Assembly: GCF_964194155.1 (NCBI RefSeq)
Contig: NC_135883.1
Coordinates: 31,062,001-31,126,000 of the forward strand
Direction of reading: 5' to 3'
Length of the DNA: 64,000 nucleotides
DNA from: Cetorhinus maximus
Lineage: Eukaryota
The notes under the pieces are model-generated. The model was not told the DNA's origin and searched no databases. It worked only from the letters and a program-made list of their open reading frames with translations. A program made the position numbers and the translations under genes. This document shows, one piece after another, positions 40,729 through 53,700 of this stretch (its first letter is position 1; the number at the start of each line of letters is the position of its first letter).

Positions 40729-43700
40729 CTGAAAAATATTAAGGGAACAGAGAGGGAAGATAAAAATAGGGAATTATAAAATTCTTACTTAAACTATATA
40801 GTACATATCATTTGTGAGATCTGATGTTGCTTCACCTCTGAGTCGAATCAACTGTTTATTCCAATCCTGTTGATGATTTGAACTTTCAACTTTGATAAGA
40901 ATGTAAAATAGGTGAAATTGGATCAGCAAAGAACAATCAGACAGGTCATATAACAGGCAGCATTTCTGACAGTGCCTGTTTTACCTTGCTACTGAAGTAA
41001 GTTTCAGTGAATATGCATACCAGTGTTTTTATTTTTCCAACAAGTACAAACTGTAACTTTTTACTTTTCAGAATCTACTTTAAAGCAAAGTCAGATTTTA
41101 AGATACTCCAATTTGATATTGTACGTGTGTGCCCACATTATTTTCCTGATCCTCAGTGAATTCATTGTATTCTGAGAATTTGGACAAATTTCAGATTTAA
41201 TCCTATGTTTGGGGAGTTTGCAGTAAACTCAAGTCAAACTCAGTCAAGCTCTGAACAAGGAGACTCTTGTACATTCCTACAATATTCACTCTTTTATTTT
41301 TAATATCTTGAAACTGGTACACATGAGAAACAATTGAGGTTCATTGTGATGTCACAAGCACAGGATCATAACAGTGTTATTTCATTTCAGTGTGACAACA
41401 AAAATGTATCCAAAGATGCTTGGAACTACACCTATTGCATATATAGGTCTTTCCTATAAATAAATATCAGTTTAACAGTTTCTATCATCGATTTCAATTT
41501 TTAAACATATGACTTTAGAAGACACCTTACAAGTTTCTCTGCAGTTTTGACCTTCAGATTATCTCTGCCATGTCAAAAGGTTTGGTATGTTTCCAATGAA
41601 AACAGAATTTGAAATATTTGTGAATATTCATTCGTATTTGATTTGTCATGTGTATAATGATGGATATAGTTTTGGAAGCTATTCACCTGTCATTCTCCCT
41701 TCAATAATGTCCTCTCATTTCATTTACCCACATTTCTCAGATGTAGAAAACATAAATTAAGCATACTGCAGCAGATGACTGAATAGTTAACTCCATTAAA
41801 AACAGATGGTAGCATAGCACTGTTGTATGTGGAATTGACAATTGTCCTCATGCTCCCTCTGAGTGCAATTCTATAAAATATAATTACATAGAATCATACG
41901 TCATAGAAAGAGGTAATTTGGTTCACAATGTCTGTGCTGGTCCTTGGAAAGAGCTATCCCGTTAGTTCCATCTCTCTGCTCTTTCCACATAGCCTTCAAA
42001 TTTGAAGTATATATCCAATTCCCTTCTGAAGGTTACTTTGAATTTGCTTCCAGTACCTCTTTACATGAATTGTTCTCATAGAGTATAGCTGGTGTGAATG
42101 TCTTTATGTTGTATTAAAGTATCCGATTATAGTGACAATTTTTAAAATATAGAAATGATTGTACAGCTGCATATTTTATATGTACTTTTATTATACAGGC
42201 AGTAACAATGAGAACTTGACAGGACAGTATTTTATTCCATCAGGTGTAATAACAGTACTCACATATTCATCAAGGATGAGGTAGGAATCTCGCATCTGTG
42301 GAGAGAGCACAAACATGAGGTAGCACCACAACTATATTATTTGTTCAACAGAAATGCCAAACTTTTAAAATAAATTCCAGAGGAATGTGTACAAAATTCA
42401 AAACAACACTAATGAAAACAACACATAGACATAAAACTGAAGCAGTACTACAGGAAAATGTCCAAGTATAATACTAGCAGTAGGGTATATCCTCAATGTG
42501 GACAGGCTGATACCTGCAAAGACCAACAGGAGTCAACAACAGAAAAAGTGACAAGGACTTAAAGCAATTCTTAGATTTAGCATAGGTATGCCTATAGCAA
42601 CAGCACTTATTGTAAGCTAGGTATATGGATGTACTATGGAAATGTCCCAATTTTGAGATGAATCTTTTTCACTCTAGGCAGGATTCATTGAAGGGGATTG
42701 CCTTTGTTCCTTTTTGACCTTGAGATGAGTTTTCAATCACACACCTATCTAAAGGGGATGCAGAAGAAACTTATTTACCCAAAGAGTGGTGAGAATGTGG
42801 AACTTGCCACCACAGAGAGTGACAAGACATGGTTGAAGTAATTATTATAGATGCATTTTAGAGGAAGCTAGACAAGCACATGAGGGAGAAGGGAACATAG
42901 GTTACGATGATAAATTTAGATGAAGAATGATGGGAGGAGGCTCACGGGGAGCATAAACGCTGGCATGTTCTGGCTGGGCCAAATAGTCTGTTACTGTGCT
43001 TTATAGCTTATGTCACTAGGACAATCAATTTTTACCTTTGTAACAGTCTGCTGAAACCCTCATCCATGCCTTTGTTATGTCCAGACTTGTCTATTTCAAT
43101 GTACTCCTGGCTAGCCTCCCCCATTCTATCCTTGTTAAACTTGAGGTCATCGAAAACTCTGTCGCTCATGTTCTAACTTGTACCAAATATAGTTCCCCTA
43201 TCATGTCTGTGCTCGCTGACCTCCTGGTTAAACGACACCTTGATTTTAAAATTCTTACCCTTGTTTTCCAATCCCTTCATGGCTTGGTCCCTTCCTATCC
43301 CTATAATCTTCTCTAGCCCTACAAAGCTCTGAGATATATGCTCACCTCTAATTCCAGTTTCTTGAGCATGCCTGATTTTAATCAATCTACCATTGGTGGC
43401 TGTGCCTTCAGCTACTGGGGCACTAAGCTCTGGAATATTCTCCCTAAACATCTCTGCCTCTCTACTTTTTTTCCTCCTTTAAGACACTCCTTAAAATCTA
43501 CTTCTTTGATTATGCTTTTGGTCACCTGCTCAAATATCTCCCTGTGTGGCTCTGTGTCATATTTTGTTTTATTTTGCCTCTGTGAAGCATCATGGATAAC
43601 ATTTTTTTTTCATTTGAAATCACAGAAGTATGCAATCATCCATTCAGACTTAGAGGTGTATTTTTATTGACATTATTATGATGGACTTGGTCCCAGATGT

Positions 43701-46700
43701 GACCACAGCTGTCACATATAGCATCAGATCCATTGCTCGTTGCCAGTGGTGAAGAACAAAGCTAAATCTGTGACAGCAGATATACTGAAATGAATCAGTT
43801 TTCACAGAAGATGGAAGCTGATGGCTGGTGATCATAAATATAAAGGAAGGCCCAAGAAGCTTCTCTCATCTAATGTCGCTACTCAAGTGATACTCCAAGT
43901 TCTGTTTCTATTCCTACGCGTCTTACCTTCTCGTTAGACTCAGACACAAGGCACTTGATCTCTTTATGCCTCTCCAAAAATCTCTGAAAGTCTTTGCTGC
44001 TGATAACAAAAGTTTCTGCATGTCTCAGAGCTTCTTCTCCAGCATTCTCCCCTTCAATCAACAAGCACTGGAATACCTGCATTGAGTAAAATAAATTCAA
44101 TATTCAATATACAAAACTCATTATCACAAACATACCTACTCATGTGATGCACCCATTATGTGTTCTCCAGTTACCTGAGAGATTATACACTGTATTTTAT
44201 CTGTAATTGCTATGCCAGCTGTTCGTGTGGCCTATCTAAGTAAAACTACCTGATTATTGCCAGTTAGTGCTAAGTTATGAGCAGTGCTCTTCTGTGCATT
44301 TGAACCCAATGGGATTAAAGCTGCAAAAAAAATTCCATAACACTTTCCGCCCAACAGCCACAGAGAAAGGAGAAATTTGTTCGATCATTTTCAGCAGGAT
44401 TTGATTGCAGGTCACAGACACATAAGGAGAACCAGGTGAGCTATCAGTTACAAAGTTATCACCACTGTCCAACATTATTATTCAGGGAACACTGACGCTA
44501 GGAAATACTTTTCATTCAGGCTGCCCACCCACCTGATGTTTCCATGATCACCACAGCTGACTGTAGAACTTTCTGATGTAGCCCACCCCCTGCCATTTCA
44601 ATTCAAAATCTATGGGCAGGATTTTTAATTCGGTGGGCGCCTGCAATCGGTGGGCCTGGGAAAGGCTGAGGAACGGACCCTGAGTGCAATTGGCCCCCGA
44701 CCACGATTAATTAGCCAGCCAGCGTGAAAGGTGTGCTGAAAGGCTCAGCGCTGCTGGGGTGGGGGCGGGAGGAGAGTGAATGCAGAAGTCAATGCGGGCG
44801 GGGGGGAGCGCTCATAGAAAGCTTCCTGAAGGCAGAGAGCTACCTCAGGGAGCTGAAGAATTTAAATGCCAAAGATAAAGATTGTTAAAACTGGGAAAAA
44901 GATGCCCACGCGTCAGAATCAGTCACCGGAACATATACCAGATGAAAATTCTGTGCAAACATTTTTATTTTTCTAAATTGATATCGGAACCCTCATCCCG
45001 ACCTTGGATGAGGTTTCCTCAAAACAGCAAAGGCCACCTGGCTGATTCGCCCACCCGCCAACCGTACCTTTGGACGGGCAGTGAAAAATCATGGTTGATT
45101 AATGCATTAATGGCCTTAATAGGCCTCTTAACTGTTGGTGGGCGCATTGCCGACTCACATGCGCGCCCGCCGACCAAAATATTGCCTGAGTGTGCGACGA
45201 CGTCGAGACGCTCACCCAATGTCATCACACGCTATTTCACGCTTGAGCGTGTCGGGCGTGTGCCCGCATGCTGAGCAAAAAGTTCTGCCCAAATACGGAT
45301 AGATTTACATCTAAAGACAATATGATATTCCAAATGAAACTTTGCTCCCCCTGCCCCTTTGGTGGGCTCCTCTATTTGAAGAACATATACATCTTCTCAC
45401 TATTAGGCCAGAATTTTATGGCCCTGTCATGGCGGGAATGGGGCCGTAAAATGCGGCGAGCCATTCTAAACTCCATTGACTTCAGCGGGATTGTAAAATC
45501 CCACTGGCATAAAATTCCGCCCCTAGAAGGGGAAAATGCCAAAATTGGGCCTTTGTAATGATCATCACTAAACAAGCAGAGCACAACTCAAATTGAGCCA
45601 TTGAGACTCAAAGCATTAGGCTCTCATACAGCTATCAAAATTCACACCCACAACAAAGGCAAATCCAGTGAATCCAGAAATAAAAAGCACTCCACCATTC
45701 TCTAAAGTTAAACTAAACATATTCCCCACATTAACGGCATATTAATTTGGTTTGAAAATTCCTTCTAGGCTTTAGCTGACTCATGAAGGATGCTTAAGGC
45801 CAGATGCAAACAAAACCGATAGTCAAGAAGACTCATTTTTAATGGGTCTTCCCAACTGCCACGTTTCTTCCTGGGACCAATAAATACACTGTTCTGATGG
45901 CAACAGTGAGATCTTCAGCTGGTGTAGCTTCCACTGGATCTTTCAGGTTCAGCAAGGTGAATTTCCATGGAGGCTGAGGAATATTCTCAGGCATGCACTC
46001 AAACCAGTTTTTCCATAATGAACAGAAGCAGAGACAGTCCCTGTTAGCTCAGGATTTTGGGGCCACCCAAAATAGCAATTCTTCCCACCATAGTTACACT
46101 AGAATTCTGCCCCAGCCCTCCATGTTCTCACACTTAATAGCTTGTAACTTAAATCAAGAAATGTGAATTAATTGAATTACCTTCCACCTTACTGGATTCA
46201 CCATCCTGATTTGTTCATTCATATCCTCTTCAAGATTGAATCTGTTGATAACAGAGTTGATTTTAAAAGCCACTTTGTAATCTTTGCACCATTTTCTGAC
46301 CTTGAGGAGGTTCTCAATGTGATTTTTGTTCCCTTGTCCACGGCCTATCAGACGATTGGTGTCCTCTTCAAAACTGTCACATGAAACAGCCAAAATGTCC
46401 AGATCCTCACCTGTAACATCAATGTTTGATTATTAAGCATTGAGCTACAGCAACATAGTTTGAAAAGCTGAATAATAAGTTGACAACTCTACTTCATACA
46501 TTAAAGCTTAGAGGAAAACTGCCTGGCATCATATTACAAAAAGGCAGCTCTGGGCTGTACAAATTCTGCTCTGGAACCAAGCTGGTCGAAAATGTCACTT
46601 CTCTCAGACAAGATGACTCATCTATTCTTGAGACACCTCTCCACCTACCCTAGTAAAACCTGAACCCACTTAGTGGGGATTCACTGAGATAGATTGTCCA

Positions 46701-49236
46701 ATGTCTGTGGTACAATACATCTGACCAAACGAATGACATCAGAGCATTTGGTCTGACATTAACTTTTTTTTAACAGGGGTAATGTGTAAATGTACTATAG
46801 TGAAACTAGAAATTCATTCTTATATCTACCTTAGTTTACAAGATTTCCAAGTGTTGAACAAAAAGGTTCAGAAATTCTGCCCTTAGATATGTTGGCACTC
46901 GCTTAACAAACATTCCACCCAATCAGGTTTATCTAATGTTGAAGCTGGCACCTTGCTGAGTTTTGGTTCTACAGGTGTTCAGCTGCCCTTGTTGACTCAT
47001 CTTAGAAACTAGACATAGAGTGTTGAGACCAGTTTCTTGCTCTGTGTAGCTTAATTCCACACCAAGCTTTATAATTATGAAATGTGTCAATAGGCAAGTA
47101 CTTCATCCTTACATACAGGCAGTCCTCGGACTTACGACACAATTGGTTCCTAAAAACCATGTCTTAAGCTGCAACATCGTAACTCAGAACCGATTTCCCC
47201 ATAAGAACCGTGTTATAAATGGGGGATTGTTCCTGAACCGAGGCGCGATACCCTACTTTCAACATAAAAAAAACAGTATTTTGTACTCAATGAATTATAG
47301 ACGAATAATATAGCAACATTAATGTATTTATGTTGTAAATGGCAATCAAATTGACCTTAAAAACACATAATAAGCTAAAAAAAATACATATAGAAATATA
47401 GTACAGTACTGTACTAATGGCGTCAGAACAGCAACTGAATGTCTTGAGTCAGGGAGATGGGCGGCACGCCGATGTGCACGTATGAACGTTTGAACATGTT
47501 CGCTGGCGTGGCGTCCAAAAGTCAAAACCGGCGTGGGAAAATCAAAAGAGGGCGTCAATTTATAAACGTCGTAAGTGCCAACACGTCGAACACCCAACAT
47601 CGTAAAGTCAAGGGCTGCCTGCATATTTGCTTAACGCTAACTCCTTTCAGCAGTACTTAGTTAGAATGCAAACCGTAATCTGAATGGAATGTATGTAGAG
47701 ATGTACCCCCTTTCCCAGACCTGAATATAAGCAGACAACAAATTACCGTAGTTTTTGAACCACTTCTCGGTGATCCGACTCCCATTACTCACAACGCTGA
47801 CACTGGGCAGTTTCAGCTCCTGTTTACAATACTGTACCAGTTTGCCTAGAAACTCCCCACGATTGTGCAGAAAAGGTTCTCCTCCCGAAAAGTTAATTTT
47901 TTCCATGCCTGGGTAAGACAAAAAAAAAGTTTTGAATCAAATCTTTGAGATGTCAACACTTAAGGTAACACTATCGATATAATCCTGTTAACCTTTGCTC
48001 ACAGCACAGTTAGAAAAAGAGAATCCAGACTCCAGAACATTAATAAATTAGATAAAGTACACGGACAACAAAGTTATTTCAGCCAATCTGCCTTTGGAAA
48101 TGTGGTAAGGTTTATTAACATTGTTAACCGGTGTACCCAACCACCACCAGGTGCTTTACAGGAACACTCCTAAATTTATGAGTCATTTTTGTTAGCCTCC
48201 CAGTTCAGTACGAAACAAATAATGGAAATCTATAGTTACAGTTCATCAATGTGCGGGAACATCAATTAGTCCACTTCCATGTTAAATACCCCAGTGTTAC
48301 ATGCTTGAGAATAAACCTGGCTGATAGGGGTGATGGATGGTGAGTTTATGCTCTCCCTGACCAGAGTGCTGAGACAAGTATTGTAATTCATTTCCTGAAC
48401 CAAGGCTGATACTCGGTGGTCTGTTTGGAGCACGAAATATTTTGAACCTGTCTTTCTCCCACTGCACTCAATTTCTATTTCTCATAGACCTAATACCATT
48501 GCCCAACAATGTGATCAATTGCTTTCTGCAGCCCACTGTTTACTCTGGCCAAACAAGCCCCGCCCACTGTCCAATCTCCTTCCCACTGTACATCATACAC
48601 ATCAGTCTTGTGTGATGGCATTTTGTATTTTTGCCCATTGCTGTATCTGCTACACCCTTCCATGTCAGTGCGCGAGTTAAAAGGTCCAACAAAAACATTC
48701 ATTTTAAAGTAAACAACTCTCACTTATATTCGATAATGTTTAGATAATATATACTAGACCCCATTAGCGATCATAACTTTGCACTGTAAAGATATAATAA
48801 GTTTCACGGGCTACTTATTCCTTATATTAGGACAGCATTAATTCTCTCTTCATTAATTTTGCACGTGCAATAGTATGTACATTATTATTTTGAACGAAGA
48901 GAAATTCCGCTGCTGCTGCTGCTGCTTACCGGCTGCCTTTAGTAGTTCCAGCCCCCTTTTGGCTTCTTCCAGGGGCAACACGAAAGATGTCTTGGCGGTG
49001 TGGAAACAGAAGCCGCACTTGTAGTTGCATTGGCGGGTGAAATGGTAATTGACACTGGTGGGAGTTGTGGTCCGCTCCCTGTTCTTCTCCTCGCTCCTCT
49101 TCACTCTTTCCCGCCTCCTCTCACTGATCCCGAATTTACCCAAGGCTATGAGCTTTATCAACCCCCGTGATATTTCGCTCACCCAGTCGATGCAAGCTTG
49201 CAACAGAAATTTGATGCAAATAACCACCACGTACAT
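40564..49236 (-). CDS. RSAD2: Viperin / radical SAM domain-containing protein 2; spliced CDS join(49236-48930,47908-47747,46410-46181,44076-43927,42295-42263,40728-40564), 1047 nt, 348 aa
   Basis: Contains the radical-SAM CxxxCxxC motif ([22 protein letters not shown]), [25 protein letters not shown] and a C-terminal Trp (…KADMHFDW*). All five introns are GT-AG and keep frame. Coding exons 2-6 are 162/230/150/33/165 nt, matching my recollection of mammalian RSAD2. Confidence 0.98.
42263..42295 (-). CDS. RSAD2: RSAD2 coding exon 5 ([11 protein letters not shown]), 33-nt micro-exon absent from the ORF track
   Basis: Acceptor ctctccacag|ATG, donor TAT|GTGAGT. Encodes the conserved viperin peptide. 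Confidence 0.96.
42750..43010 (+). mobile_element. CR1 LINE 3' end fragment
   Basis: ttatttacccaaagagtggtgagaatgtggaac…gcattt…aagctagacaagcacatg is a CR1 tail. Confidence 0.65.
43045..43600 (+). mobile_element. L2-type LINE 3' fragment in RSAD2 intron 4
   Basis: [15 protein letters not shown]…[18 protein letters not shown]…[17 protein letters not shown] match L2 C-terminal motifs. Confidence 0.8.
43927..44076 (-). CDS. RSAD2: RSAD2 coding exon 4 ([11 protein letters not shown]…ESNEK)
   Basis: Acceptor atgcag|GTA, donor AAG|GTAAGA, 150 nt. Confidence 0.97.
44614..45290. mobile_element. Non-autonomous Harbinger-type MITE in RSAD2 intron 3
   Basis: TIRs GGGCAGGATTTTT…AAAAAGTTCTGCCC. The reverse complement of about 45085-45145 resembles 49900-49960 of the large Harbinger. 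Confidence 0.75.
45406..45522. mobile_element. Short Harbinger-type MITE (~117 bp)
   Basis: GGCCAGAATTTTATG…CATAAAATTCCGCCC with TTA/CTA flanks. Confidence 0.6.
46181..46410 (-). CDS. RSAD2: RSAD2 coding exon 3 ([13 protein letters not shown]…NPVRWK)
   Basis: Acceptor ttacag|GT, donor AAG|GTAATT, 230 nt, contains [11 protein letters not shown]. Confidence 0.97.
47116..47621. mobile_element. Tigger/pogo-type (Tc1/mariner) MITE in RSAD2 intron 2
   Basis: TIRs CAGGCAGTCCTCGGACTTACGA…TCGTAAAGTCAAGGGCTGCCTG, with TA on the left and CA on the right (decayed TA TSD). Confidence 0.75.
47747..47908 (-). CDS. RSAD2: RSAD2 coding exon 2 ([13 protein letters not shown]…WFKNY/G)
   Basis: Acceptor ttacccag|GC, donor G|GTAATT, 162 nt. 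Confidence 0.97.
48930..49236 (-). CDS. RSAD2: RSAD2 coding exon 1 ([10 protein letters not shown]…LELLKAA/G)
   Basis: ATG at 49236. Hydrophobic/amphipathic N-terminus followed by the CNYKCGFC motif. Phase-1 donor G|GTAAGC. Confidence 0.95.
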
Positions 49237-49390
49237 GTTTTTGCCTTCCAAGTGGTGCTGATTTCTTAATGTATTTCTCGCGAGTGATTCTCTCGGACTG
49301 CTGAAGTTTGGGTCTGGCTAGGTGTATATCTACACTCTGACGTATGACTGGCATCCACATACTGTGTTTCAGGCAAAGTTTCATTTAAAA

Positions 49391-49414
49391 GGAACAGAAA
49401 CCGAAAGTGAAAGT
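49391..49414 (-). promoter_or_regulatory. Tandem ISRE/IRF-binding element of the RSAD2 promoter
   Basis: GGAACAGAAACCGAAAGTGAAAGT has three GAAA cores in GAAANNGAAA spacing, about 160 bp upstream of the ATG. Confidence 0.88.
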
Positions 49415-50250
49415 AGCAATAGGCTACATCAGCTGCCCTAACACCCTCACCTCATGCAGCTAGGAAGTGTGTCCCTTTCCTGGTTGCAGTTTCTTTATTG
49501 CCACAATGTGTAGAGAACAATGATTTCCCTGACATGGGAGAGAGAGTTGAAGGCACTGGCTGGAATTTTGAGGATGTGGCAGAATTTCTGCCACCAGGAC
49601 CAAAATCAAGGGACAACCCCGCATTGGCGGGCAACGGGTCCTGGGGCCACATTTTGCTGGTGGCAGCTCTCTTAAGGATGGCAGCCTGGCCCCAATAGAT
49701 GCTGGCCCGATCAGACAGCTGGCAGCACCACTGCTAGTGGTGGTCATTGCTGGGGCTGCACCTGAAGGATGAGGATACTTTGGGCAGAATTTTCTGTTTG
49801 ACGTGTGGGGGGGGGGGGCTTGGGGGGCTCCACAGGTCAATGCGTAAAATGACGCCATCACGATATTTCGCTGGGCGGGCGCGCGATGAAGTTTGACACG
49901 CGTCAACCATTAATTAACGGGCTAGTTAAGGCCCTTAATTCCTTAATTGACAGCGATTTTCAGGTGACCGTGCGATCTTTGGCTCGGTGCATGGGTGCAA
50001 CGGACAGGTGGGTAAGAGACTTTTTAACAAGCCTCATCCACGGGCAGGATAAGAGGGCTCAGTGGGGTTGTGAACCTGGTCTGTGAAGTATTTATTGGAG
50101 CAAGTTTTTTAAACTTGCCTGTGTGATCTGCAGCAGTTCAGAACAAATTCCAGCAGCTTTCTGTGTACTTTGAACCTTCAGCTCAGCACTCTGCAGGCAA
50201 TAATCTTTATCGGGCCTGCAGCTTTCCGGAGGCCTCCCTTTAGCCTGCGT

Positions 50251-51479
50251 ATGGGTTCTGACATGCCCACTGGAGGCAGCTCCTCTGAAGAGGAAGGGAG
50301 AGCTAGAATAAGGAGGAGGCCAGGACTGGACATTCAGCCTCCAGGGCAGCCACCTTTGGGAATATAGGTGCAGGCACAAGGGGCGCAGGGCCAAGAGGTA
50401 GTCCAAGGCGGAAGGGGCCGCAGAAGATGCCACTATCCTGCTGCCAGGGTATACAGGCGGAGAAGCAACTACTTCAATATGACTAAGGTGCAGTGCCGAA
50501 GGAGGCTCCGTCTCTCGAGGGAGACAGTCAACTACATCTGTCAGATGATTGGCCCTGAGATCTCTCCTAACTGTGTGGGCGGACACCTCATGCCAGTGGC
50601 TCTGAAGGTCACAGTTGTCCTCAACTTCTATGCCTCTGGCTCTTTCCAGGGCTTGGTAGGTGATCTTTGCGGTGTCTCCTAATCAGCTGTCCACACTTGT
50701 GTCAACAGGTCCCAGATGCTCTGTTCAGGCATGCATTGACCTTCATCCACTTCCACTGGGACCAGGCAAGCCAGACACAGCGAGCCAGAGGCTTCGCAAT
50801 GATTGCTGGCTTCCCCCGCGTCCAGGGTGCTATAGACTGGTGGCCATCAAGGTGCCAGCAGGTGAGCCCAGTGCCTTCGTCAACAGGAAGGGCTTCCACT
50901 CCATGAATGTGCAGATAGTGTGTGATCACAGGATGCTGATTCTACAAGTCTGTGCAAGGTACCCAGGCAGCTCCCACGAAGCCTACATCCTCAGACACTC
51001 CCAGGTGCTGGGGCTCTTCAGTGCTCCGGCTCGGCTGGATGGATGGCTGCTGGGTGACAAGGGCTATCCCCTCAGAAGGTGACTCATGACGCCTCTTCGC
51101 CATCCAAGAACAGAAGCTGAGCAGCGGTACAATAGGAGCCAAGGCACCACAAGGGCTGTGGTGGAGAGAACCATCGGTCTTTTCAAGATGCACTTTCGAT
51201 GCCTGGACCGCTCAGGGGGTGCACTCCAGTATTCCCCAGATCGTGTCTCTGTGATAGTGGTAGCATGCTGCGCTCTGCACAATCTTGCGCCGGAAAGGGG
51301 GGACGCAGTGGATGATGAAGACGTTCACGCAGTGGATGCAGCTGCACACGATGAGTCCAGCACTGATTCTGAGGATGAGGAAGCATAGGGGAATGCTGAG
51401 GGGGGTAGGCGCTGACCCGGGACTACACAAAGGAGGCAGAGACACCCGGGAGGCTTTAATCCAATGAACCTTCAGCTAG
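50251..51479 (+). pseudogene. Harbinger (HARBI1-like) DDE transposase pseudogene
   Basis: Motifs LNFYASGSFQ, AGFPRVQGAID, NRKGFHSMNVQ, LLGDKGY, VERTIGLFKMHFRCLD and CCALHN. In-frame stops at about 50365, 50680, 51080 and 51386, plus frameshifts. Confidence 0.92.
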
Positions 51480-52837
51480 CTCAAAACAAATGGATCAGCA
51501 GGACCAGCCTTGCCTGGCACTTCCATACTCGGCACCTAAGTGCTAAACCTGTCGGGTCATCAGCAGGAACTAAGGGCTTTGAACATAAACTTGAATGTCC
51601 AATCAAACACTCATGACATTTATCTTAAACATACAAATGCAGAACAAAGGAGCCACCCTCAACCATGGTAACACATCTGGATTTTACTTTAACTATCAGA
51701 AGTTCTCACAAATCCAAAACAAAACCTTAAGCAAGCAGAAAAAAATTATAAGTACCTAATCTGGAGCCAACACAAAAGCACCAGTGAGAAACCCGTGGTG
51801 TGCCTAAGGTGACTTACGCTTACATTTACGGGTGCTACGTCTTGGTTCCGCCCCATCACTCAGAGTGGCATCTGAGACAGCCTACTGACTCTCCTGTCCT
51901 GTTGACCTCGATGACCTTGGCGGTTGTCCTCTGGCCCGTGGAGCCTGTGCTGGGCCCAGTTGCGCAGCTGGCATCTCCCCAGTCGTCGCAGCCTCGCCCA
52001 ATGAAGCGGTCACTGGGAGAGGGATGGATCAGCTGGTGCCCTCATCCGGAGTGCCCAGAGAGGAGCCCGCAGATACGCCAACACAAAGTCGCCTCAGACC
52101 TCCCTGCTCACCGTGGATGGATGGGCAACGAGCTGGGAAGCTTGAAGCCCACACCATCTCCCACATTGGCACTGACCAGCTGTGGCCATTGGTGCTGTGA
52201 GGGCTTGCAGGTCCGAGCGTAACCCCAGCAGGACCTGATTGTTCTCCTGGAGGCACCTCTCCACGAGAGTTGCCAGTCTCTCCATGGAAGAAGAATGACG
52301 CTCTGCCATGAGGCTCATTGCATCAGTGATGCTCCGCGTGGACTCCTCCACCACGGACACCAAGCGAAGCACAGCCTTATGTATTACTCCCAGATGCTCC
52401 CGCATACCCGACCGCATTTCCTGCAGCCGCTGCATTGCGGACAACTCCAGAGGCACATCATCACGCATCGACTGAGCATGTGCCTGGACCCCTGCAGTCC
52501 TCCGGCTGCTGGCACCATCGGCACTCTCTGTCTCTGCCACCTCCTCCAGTGATTGTGAAGTGCCCTCTCCATTGTGCCCCAGGACACTAGCCGATGTTGC
52601 AATGCCCGCCAAAGTGCTAGTATCTGCGCTGGTACCTGCCTCGCAGAAATGGTGAGACGCAGGTGACACTTGAGGGCCCTCAGGCGTGAGAGGTGGCATC
52701 TGCAGTTCCTCCTGGTGGCCATGCTCTGATGATGCTAAAATGAACAACAAGAACAGTGGATCAGTTAGCGTGCACACAGTGACACACTTCATCTCTTTCC
52801 CCTTGGCTCATTATGCGCTCAAACTTCCAGAACCAAT

Positions 52838-53700
52838 GGACACAAACATTGGTGGGGTGGCAAATAGTGAGGAGGATAGTCTTACATTACAGGTGGATAT
52901 AGACGGGCTGGTCAGATGGGCTAATGAATGCCAAATGGAATGTTATGTGGGTAAGTGTTAGGTGATGCACTTGGGCAGGACAAACAAGGCACGGAAATAC
53001 ACGATGAATGGTAGGACCATGGAAAGTAGGGAGGATCAGAGGGACCTTGCTGTACATGTTGGCAGTTCCCTTAAGGTAGCGATACAGGCACATAAGGTGT
53101 TTAAGAAGGTAAGTGCCATACTTGCCTTTATTAGCCAAGGCATAGAATATAGGAGCAGGGAGGTAATGTTCCAAGTGCAGAAAATGCTGCCTAGGCCACA
53201 GCTATAATTCTGCATGCAGTTCTGAAATGCGCTTCACGGGAGGGAGGTGATTGGAGTGGAGAGAGTGCAGAGGCCGTTGGCCAGGATGCTGGCTGGGCTG
53301 GAGAGTTTGACTTATGAGGGGATATAGCATAGATTGGGGTTGTTTCCCCTGGAGCAGAGGAGATTGAGGGGTGGCATGATTGAGGTGTTTAAACTTATGA
53401 GGGGCATAGATAGGGTCGACAGAAAGGAACTGTTCCCCTTAGCGGAGGGATGAGTAACCAGGTGGCAGAGATTTAAGGTAAGGGGCATGAGGTTGACAGG
53501 CGATGTGATAAGCAACTTTTGCACACAGAGGGTGTTGGGAATGTGGGACGCACTGCCTGAAAGGGTGGTGGATGCAGAAATCCTCCTAACGTGTAATAAG
53601 TATTTGGATGTGCAGTTGCAATGCCATGGCATACAAGGCCATGGGCATAGTGCTGGAAAATGAGATTAGGAGACTTAGGAACGTGCGCATCCTCGAAGAG
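52838..53700 (+). mobile_element. CR1 LINE 3' fragment inserted in intron 2 of the Harbinger Myb gene
   Basis: DTNIGGVANSEEDSLTLQVDIDGLVRWANECQM and MHLGRTNK…IEYRSREVM are CR1 RT C-terminal motifs. Confidence 0.85.

Noticed and set aside
48853-48929. Poly-Q extension (KQQQQQR) of the viperin ORF
   Set aside because: It is read-through past the G|GTAAGC donor into intron 1, a short CAG run, and is not part of the spliced CDS.
49237-49251. RSAD2 start at 49251 (MEGKN)
   Set aside because: That codon is TTG. The first in-frame ATG is at 49236.
50251-51479. Domesticated HARBI1 host gene
   Set aside because: It has multiple stops and frameshifts, flanking TIRs and a partner Myb gene, so it is a transposon copy.
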